Shown here: in pieces, positions 26,530 to 32,000 of the stretch
Numbering within the stretch: the stretch's first letter is position 1
Layout: each line of letters begins with the position of its first letter
Translations under genes and position numbers: made by a program
Assembly: GCA_963662715.1 (NCBI GenBank)
Contig: OY759724.1
Coordinates: 2,730,001 to 2,762,000, forward strand
Direction: 5' to 3'
DNA length: 32,000 nucleotides
Source of the DNA: Candidatus Omnitrophota bacterium
GTDB lineage: Bacteria; Omnitrophota; Gorgyraeia; Zapsychrales; JANLHA01
The notes under the pieces: generated by a model
The model's input: only the letters and a program-made list of their open reading frames with translations
What the model was told of the DNA's origin: nothing
Database searches by the model: none

Positions 26530-26684
26530 ATATTTTCCGGCAGAAATCCTTATGTGCCGGCCGTTGCCTTAATCCGGTTTGTAGGTTAAAATATTTTATG
26601 GTGTGGGCATAAGGTACTTCTTGACTATTGCGGTTTTAACGTTTATCCTTATAGTAAACGCAATCCCGGCTTAATGAGGTAAAA

Positions 26685-27086
26685 ATGGTCAAACAATCGA
26701 CTAACGAGAAAAGACACGCGATAAGAGCCAAACGGATATTAAGCATTCAATATCGTGTGGTCAAAACCAAAGTCAAGAACGCGGATAAACGCTGGCATCT
26801 TTCCACCACGCATGATATGAGTTTCTTAGGGCTGGCTTTTTTTTCGGATGTCCCTCTGCATGTTGACGATGTCCTTGAACTTAATGTCGTGATGTCCGGT
26901 ATCCTGGATATTTTCAAAGGTTACGGCAAGGTTGTCAGAGTCGAAAAGAAGGTCACCGGGGCTTTTTTTCTGGTGGCGATTAGATTCGTAGAACTTAAGA
27001 AGACAACACCGAAATCCCGCAAGAAAACTTCCCGCACGTCAAGTGTTCCCGCCAAGCGAGTTAAACGCAAATCCGTTAAATCATAA
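26685..27086 (+). CDS. PilZ-domain protein (putative c-di-GMP receptor) with a basic C-terminal tail
   Basis: GAGGT upstream. RxxxR motif (RHAIRAKR) and D-x-S-x-x-G (HDMSFLGLAF). Tail KKTTPKSRKKTSRTSSVPAKRVKRKSVKS. Confidence 0.65.
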   Translation: MVKQSTNEKRHAIRAKRILSIQYRVVKTKVKNADKRWHLSTTHDMSFLGLAFFSDVPLHVDDVLELNVVMSGILDIFKGYGKVVRVEKKVTGAFFLVAIRFVELKKTTPKSRKKTSRTSSVPAKRVKRKSVKS

Positions 27087-27102
27087 TTTTTATTCTACCG
27101 TC

Positions 27103-27129
27103 TGCTGCAATTTATCATTCTTTGCAGCA
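27103..27129. terminator. Hairpin between convergent PilZ and pntB genes (weak bidirectional terminator candidate)
   Basis: tgctgcaa (27103-27110) pairs with ttgcagca (27122-27129) around an 11-nt loop. There is no clear U-tract on either strand. Confidence 0.3.
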
Positions 27130-27222
27130 CAAGGGATAATCCATAGTTCCCTACAGCCGCAGCAACAGGGGATTTTCTTTCCTCGGATTTGTGTCCATTC
27201 AGCTGGCAGGAGAGAGGTGAGT

Positions 27223-28617
27223 TTAATGGTTGGCTAACTCTTTGAACTCTGAGACCAGGCCTTGAATGGATGCTTTCGCATCCCCGAACAACATGCGGGT
27301 GTTCTCAAAGAAAAAGAGCCCGTTCTGTATCCCGGCAAAACCCGTGGCCATGGATCTTTTCAGGACAATAACGGTTTTGGCTTTATCGACATTGATAATC
27401 GGCATTCCGTAAATAGGGCTGTCTTCATCATCCCGGGCCGCGGGGTTGACCACATCATTGGCCCCGATGACAATGCAGACATCGACCGTATCCATAAGAG
27501 GATTAATGTCGTCCATTTCCACAAGCTGGTCATAGGACACGTTCGCTTCCGCAAGCAGGACATTCATGTGGCCCGGCATTCGGCCGGCGACAGGATGGAT
27601 CGCGTAACGGATCTCAGCGCCGTTGTCTTCCAGCAGTTCTCCCAGTTCCCTCACCACATGTTGCGCCTGGGCCACGGCTAAGCCATAGCCGGGGACAAAG
27701 ACAACAGAGCGGGCTGCTTCAAGGATGTAAAAAGCGTCTTCAACGTTGACCGGTTTCACTTCGCCTTGGATTTCTTTGCCGGACTTATGCCGTCCGGATC
27801 CGAAGCCGCTGAAAAGGACATTGCCCAGTGAACGGTTCATCGCTTTGCACATAATCCGGGTCAGGATCAGGCCGCTGGCCCCCACAAGAGACCCGGCGAC
27901 AATTAAAATATTGTTCCGGATCACAAAACCTGCCGCGCAGGCCGCTAGTCCCGAATAGCTGTTTAATAAAGAAATAACGACCGGCATATCAGCGCCGCCT
28001 ATCGGGATAACCACTAAAACGCCTAATATCAAAGAGAGGAGAATGATTAGAAGGAAAATCCCGTAGGATTGGGAGGCGTTAAGGCAGAAGAGAACACCGC
28101 TTAAGACAATCACCCCGAGAATGATGATATTAACAAACTGCTGCCCTTGGTAGAGCACGGGTTTGCTGACAATTTTTTCACTTAATTTGCCCCAGGCAAT
28201 AACACTGCCCGTAAAAGTGACGCCTCCGATCAGCACAGAGAGGAATATGGTGGTGACCGTGAGCAACGGGGCCTCCGGCTGAGAGTGATAGACCGCCCAG
28301 CCCACCAAAAGGCTCGCTAACCCGCCGGACCCGTTAAGGAGCGCAACCATCTCCGGCATGGCTGTCATAGCAACCATACGGGCCGCCAGAACACCCAGAA
28401 CCGTTCCGGCGATGCCTCCGATAAATATCCATTGAAAACTCAATCCCTGACTCAAGAGAGTCGCGGCAACGGCCAGGAGCATGCCGCCGGCGGAGATCAG
28501 GTTGCCTTTCCGGGCGCTGGCCGGGGAGCTTAAAAGCTTCAGGCCGAAAATAAAAAGCACGGCCGAAACGATGTAGGCGAAATTGATCAGAAGGTCTGTG
28601 TTCACGGGCTTCTCCAA
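27223..28617 (-). CDS. pntB: NAD(P) transhydrogenase subunit beta
   Basis: Multi-TM N-terminal half. C-terminal dIII motifs GYGLAVAQAQH, HPVAGRMPGHMNVLLAEA, IGANDVVNPAA. Confidence 0.9.
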   Translation of the reverse strand: MEKPVNTDLLINFAYIVSAVLFIFGLKLLSSPASARKGNLISAGGMLLAVAATLLSQGLSFQWIFIGGIAGTVLGVLAARMVAMTAMPEMVALLNGSGGLASLLVGWAVYHSQPEAPLLTVTTIFLSVLIGGVTFTGSVIAWGKLSEKIVSKPVLYQGQQFVNIIILGVIVLSGVLFCLNASQSYGIFLLIILLSLILGVLVVIPIGGADMPVVISLLNSYSGLAACAAGFVIRNNILIVAGSLVGASGLILTRIMCKAMNRSLGNVLFSGFGSGRHKSGKEIQGEVKPVNVEDAFYILEAARSVVFVPGYGLAVAQAQHVVRELGELLEDNGAEIRYAIHPVAGRMPGHMNVLLAEANVSYDQLVEMDDINPLMDTVDVCIVIGANDVVNPAARDDEDSPIYGMPIINVDKAKTVIVLKRSMATGFAGIQNGLFFFENTRMLFGDAKASIQGLVSEFKELANH

Positions 28618-28633
28618 AGCAAAGTTGAAAAAG

Positions 28634-28930
28634 TTAATGCGGCTTGGTTTCCTTTTTTTTGAACATGGCCAGCATCCGGTCGGTCACCAGATAGCCTCCG
28701 ACGACGTTAATCGTCGCAAAAGCGACGGCCAGCGTCCCCAGGACCGTGTTCATCACGGAATGTTCTGTCCCGGCAGAAATCAGCGCGCCGACCAGCGTAA
28801 TGCCGGAAATGGCATTGGCCCCTGACATGAGAGGCGTATGTAATGTGGCCGGGACTTTGGATATCAGTTCAAATCCGAGAAAAATGGACAGCATTAAAAC
28901 AAAAAATAGATATATAATATTGGCATCCAT
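28634..28930 (-). CDS. pntAB: NAD(P) transhydrogenase subunit alpha, part 2 (membrane part)
   Basis: 98-aa hydrophobic protein (LHTPLMSGANAISGITLVGAL) located between pntAA and pntB. Confidence 0.85.
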   Translation of the reverse strand: MDANIIYLFFVLMLSIFLGFELISKVPATLHTPLMSGANAISGITLVGALISAGTEHSVMNTVLGTLAVAFATINVVGGYLVTDRMLAMFKKKETKPH

Positions 28931-28942
28931 AACCGTGTCCTT

Positions 28943-30079
28943 TTAGGTTGTCAGGGCCTTAATGCGTTCCTGGACGATTTGTCCCTGGTGTGTGACGACC
29001 GCGGATTGACAGATATCGTCCGATAAATCAAGACGGAACGTTTTCTCCTGTTCATCCCAGAATGTTTCAATGAAGTTGGTTAAATTCTGGGCATACATCT
29101 GGCTTGCGTGGACACTCACCCGCCCGGGCAGGTTTCTTAAGCCGATAATCCGAACCTGATTCAGTTCAATCTCTTCTCCGATACATGACCCTTCGACGTT
29201 TCCTCCGGACTCAACGGCTAAATCGACAATAACGCTGCCCGGTTTCATATCCTGAATCATATCTTTCGTGATAATCAAAGGGGCCTTTTTGCCGAAAATC
29301 TGCGCGGTTGTAATGACAATATCGGACTGGGCGCATATTTTTGCCATAGCGGCTCTCTGCTGAGCCAACTGTTCATCCGTCAGCTTTTTGGCGTAACCGT
29401 CTTTGGTCTGTCCGGTTTCTCCGAGGTCGATCTTGATGAATTTGGCCCCCAGAGACGCGACTTGTTCTTCAACAACCGGCCGGGTATCAAAAGCATCAAC
29501 CCTGGCCCCGAGCCGTTTGGCTGTTGCGATGGCCTGCAATCCGGCAACCCCGGCCCCGATAACAAAGACCCGGCAGGGCGCTATGGTGCCGGCAGGCGTC
29601 ATCATCATGGGCAGGATCTTATTCAGGCGTTCCGCCGCCGTGATAACGGCGACATAGCCGGCTAAATTTGCCTGTGAACTGAGCGCGTCCATTTTCTGCG
29701 CGATTGTGGAACGGGGGATCATTTCCATGCTGACAGCTGTGATGTTATGCTCTCTGAATAATTTGATGAGATCCAGGCGCTGGAAAGGGTCCAGAAAACT
29801 GATATGAACGGCATCGCGTTTCATGACAGGAATTTCTTCCGGGGGCGGGGGCAGGACTCTGAGAATAACATCCGAGGACGTCAGAATATCCTGACGGTCC
29901 ATGATGTCCGCCCCGGCGTTTTTGTAATCCTCATCTGTGGCCTGAATGGATTTCCCGGCCCGGGATTCGATATTGACCGTATGGCCTTTTTGGACGAGGC
30001 GCTGGGCTGTGGCCGGAGTTATCGCGACCCGGGTTTCAAAACTTTCTGTTTCCCGCGGCATACCGATCCGCATTTTCAC
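28943..30079 (-). CDS. pntAA: NAD(P) transhydrogenase subunit alpha, part 1 (alanine-dehydrogenase-like dI)
   Basis: AAGGAG upstream. IGMPRETESFETRVA, VFVIGAGVAGLQAIATAKRLGA. Confidence 0.9.
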   Translation of the reverse strand: MKMRIGMPRETESFETRVAITPATAQRLVQKGHTVNIESRAGKSIQATDEDYKNAGADIMDRQDILTSSDVILRVLPPPPEEIPVMKRDAVHISFLDPFQRLDLIKLFREHNITAVSMEMIPRSTIAQKMDALSSQANLAGYVAVITAAERLNKILPMMMTPAGTIAPCRVFVIGAGVAGLQAIATAKRLGARVDAFDTRPVVEEQVASLGAKFIKIDLGETGQTKDGYAKKLTDEQLAQQRAAMAKICAQSDIVITTAQIFGKKAPLIITKDMIQDMKPGSVIVDLAVESGGNVEGSCIGEEIELNQVRIIGLRNLPGRVSVHASQMYAQNLTNFIETFWDEQEKTFRLDLSDDICQSAVVTHQGQIVQERIKALTT

Positions 30080-30311
30080 TCCTTTGGATGTTTTTAGCAG
30101 ACGGGAGCGTTATTGGTCCCTAACAATGTTCATAATATTCATATCAGAAGTTCATCTAAAGTCAAGAAGAAACTGGGTCAAAAGTAAATTAAATTTTTAT
30201 ATTGCAAAAGAAGGTGCGGGAACCCATACCTCATCTTGGAGGAAAGCCCGTTGTCCAGCCGGAACCGGACTATTCCGGGGCCAAAATTCTCCTCAATATT
30301 TCATTTGTGGC

Positions 30312-30340
30312 TTGACAATTATTCTTTACAAAGATATATT
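30312..30340 (+). promoter_or_regulatory. Sigma70-type promoter for the rseC-like/rnf operon
   Basis: TTGACA (30312-30317), 17-nt spacer, TATATT (30335-30340), about 37 nt upstream of the ATG at 30377. Confidence 0.5.
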
Positions 30341-30376
30341 AAAGCCATTAACTAACCGCAGGAAAGTAAAAGTGAA

Positions 30377-30811
30377 ATGGCGGAATCCAGGCAGGTTGTT
30401 GAACACGAAGGCATTGTTAAAGATATTACCGGCCGGGATGTTTATGTCGAATTATTAAAGACTTCCGCCTGCGGGAGTTGTGAAGCTAAAGACCGTTGCG
30501 GCCTCGCAGAAAGCCAGTATAAGGTGTTGGTTTTTCAAGATGCGGGAACCGGCTATTTTATAGGCCAAAAGGTCATGGTCGTATTAGAAGAATCTCAAGG
30601 GATCAGAGCCCTTGTCCTGGCCTATTTGCTTCCGCTTTTAATCGTTGTTTTCTCAATCCTGTTTTATTCCATTTTCGTTAAACAAGAGTATCTGGTAGGT
30701 TTATGCGCGTTATTCATGTTAATCCCGTATTATCTCCTGCTGTATCTTTTTCGCCATAAACTTAAACAGTCTTTTCGGATGAAGCTGTATCCGGACAGCA
30801 CGCATTTATAA
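30377..30811 (+). CDS. RseC/MucC-family (SoxR-reducing-system type) membrane protein preceding rnf
   Basis: GIVKDITGRDVYVELLKTSACGSCEAKDRCG N-terminal domain followed by two TM helices. Positioned directly upstream of rnfB. Confidence 0.7.
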   Translation: MAESRQVVEHEGIVKDITGRDVYVELLKTSACGSCEAKDRCGLAESQYKVLVFQDAGTGYFIGQKVMVVLEESQGIRALVLAYLLPLLIVVFSILFYSIFVKQEYLVGLCALFMLIPYYLLLYLFRHKLKQSFRMKLYPDSTHL

Positions 30812-30818
30812 TTACGGT

Positions 30819-31682
30819 ATGTTGATTATTTATACAATCTTGACATTAAGTATCCTGGGCGTCTCGGCTGCGGTCATCCTTTTCCTGGTCGCGCAGAAGT
30901 TCAAAGTCCACGAAGATCCCCGGATTGACCAGGTCGAAGAAGCTTTGCCTGCCGCCAATTGCGGCGGCTGCGGTTATCCCGGATGCCGTAATTTTGCCGA
31001 AGCCTGCGTCGCGGCCGATGATTTGACCGACCTTTTTTGCCCGGTCGGCGGGCAGGAATGTATGCACGCGGTCGCCAAGTTATTGGGAAAAGAACTTTCC
31101 GTTAACGATCCGATGATCGCCGTGGTCCGTTGCTCCGGGACCTTCGAGCACCGGCCCAAAACGAGTGTTTATGACAGTGCCCCGACCTGTGCCATCGCCG
31201 CCGCCGTTTACGGCGGGGACACCGGATGCTCTTACGGCTGCCTGAGCCTGGGAGATTGCGTCAGGGCCTGTAAGTTTGATGCCATATATATAGATGAAAA
31301 GACCGGGCTGCCGGTTGTTATCGAGGATAAATGCACGTCCTGTGGGGCCTGTGTGAAAGCCTGTCCGAGGAACATTATTGAACTGAGGAAAAGAGGCCCG
31401 AAGAACAGGCGTATTTATGTGTCCTGCGTCAGCCAGGACAAGGGGCCTGCGGCACGGAAGGTGTGCAAGGCCGCCTGCATCGGCTGCGGTCTTTGCGTCA
31501 AAGCCTGCCCCTTTGAAGCCATCACGTTAGAAAACTCCCTTGCCTATATTGATTTTAATAAATGTAAGCTGTGCCGTAAATGCGCTCCGGTGTGCCCGAC
31601 TCATGCTATTATGGAAATCAATCTGCCGGAACGAAAACCCAAAGAGAAACCCGTTGAGAGTCCGCAGAAGACAACGACATAA
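30819..31682 (+). CDS. rnfB: Rnf electron-transport complex subunit B
   Basis: N-terminal TM, CGGCGYPGCRNFAEA, then several ferredoxin motifs (CTSCGACVKACP, CIGCGLCVKACP, CKLCRKCAPVCP). Confidence 0.9.
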   Translation: MLIIYTILTLSILGVSAAVILFLVAQKFKVHEDPRIDQVEEALPAANCGGCGYPGCRNFAEACVAADDLTDLFCPVGGQECMHAVAKLLGKELSVNDPMIAVVRCSGTFEHRPKTSVYDSAPTCAIAAAVYGGDTGCSYGCLSLGDCVRACKFDAIYIDEKTGLPVVIEDKCTSCGACVKACPRNIIELRKRGPKNRRIYVSCVSQDKGPAARKVCKAACIGCGLCVKACPFEAITLENSLAYIDFNKCKLCRKCAPVCPTHAIMEINLPERKPKEKPVESPQKTTT

Positions 31683-31697
31683 AGTTTTTAAAATGAC

Positions 31698-32000
31698 ATG
31701 AGCCAAAAAAATGTTAAAACTTTTCCGCAGGGCGGCGTTCACCCGAAAGATCATAAATTGTCTGCGGACCGGACTGTGCGCAGACTTCCGCTGCCCAAGA
31801 CCGTAAGCATCCCGTTCTCCCAGCATATCGGCGCTCCGGCTGTCCCGCTGGTTAAGGCCGCGGACGAGGTTAAGACGGGCCAGCTGATCGCCCAGTCGGC
31901 AGGGTTTATCTCGGCCAATATTCATTCCTCGGTCTCCGGGAAGGTGAAAAAAATCGACCAGGTCAAAGATTTAACCGGGTACAAACGCCCGGCGTTTATT
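31698..32000 (+). CDS. rnfC: Rnf electron-transport complex subunit C, N-terminal part (runs off the window)
   Basis: Not in the ORF track because it is open-ended. The ATG at 31698 gives MSQKNVKTFPQGGVHPKDHKLSADRTVRRLPLPKTVSIPFSQHIGAPAVPLVKAADEVKTGQLIA..., the conserved RnfC N-terminus (F.GG[VI]HP...K). Confidence 0.85.
   Translation, partial: MSQKNVKTFPQGGVHPKDHKLSADRTVRRLPLPKTVSIPFSQHIGAPAVPLVKAADEVKTGQLIAQSAGFISANIHSSVSGKVKKIDQVKDLTGYKRPAFI

Noticed and set aside
30080-30300. Minus-strand promoter for pntAA (TTGACT on the reverse strand around 30160, TATTAT around 30133)
   Set aside because: The spacer would be about 22 nt, and the alternative -10 (TATGAA) is poor, so I am not confident enough to annotate it.
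29946-30458. 170-aa + strand ORF spanning the pntAA 5' end, the intergenic region and the rseC-like start
   Set aside because: It overlaps two well-supported genes and crosses a predicted promoter, with no recognisable features.
27223-32000. Divergent pntAA-pntAB-pntB and rseC-like/rnfBC arrangement as a special redox island
   Set aside because: Both are ordinary core energy-metabolism operons, and adjacency alone gives no evidence of novelty.

Overview
Dense bacterial chromosomal window with about 30 protein genes, almost all on the + strand apart from a pntAA-pntAB-pntB operon. I found no rRNA, tRNA, CRISPR array or transposase. From about 6.3 kb onward it is mostly recognisable housekeeping and energy metabolism: HAD hydrolase, NAD kinase, MutY, SurE, citrate synthase, leucyl aminopeptidase, NfeD/stomatin pair, class II fumarase, split proton-translocating transhydrogenase, and an rseC-like gene followed by rnfB and rnfC (truncated at the window edge). 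A 5.8 kb signalling island (9990-15772) interrupts this with 5 receiver domains, 3 HPt domains, one sensor-less hybrid histidine kinase, a CheX-like protein and an HD-GYP output. A stand-alone PilZ protein lies further downstream. The most unusual region is 543-5627. It is a four-gene, co-directional cluster encoding (1) a 778-aa signal-peptide protein that is extremely acidic and Ser/Thr-rich with 22-aa periodic repeats, (2) a 151-aa secreted protein that shares two short motifs with it, (3) a signal-peptide-bearing stand-alone C39-type cysteine peptidase, and (4) an outer-membrane beta-barrel protein with an N-terminal coiled-coil-like region and linker. This architecture parallels the Pseudomonas Fap functional-amyloid system (FapC/FapB subunits, FapD C39 peptidase, FapF coiled-coil barrel channel) but is very divergent. 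I propose it as a candidate undescribed Fap-like fibre secretion system. All functional calls come from motif recognition by eye and no database search was run. Other oddities are a truncated sirtuin (Sir2/CobB) N-terminal remnant wedged between two genes, a MutY whose C-terminal domain keeps a complete MutT-type Nudix box, and an NfeD protease with a long acidic insertion.
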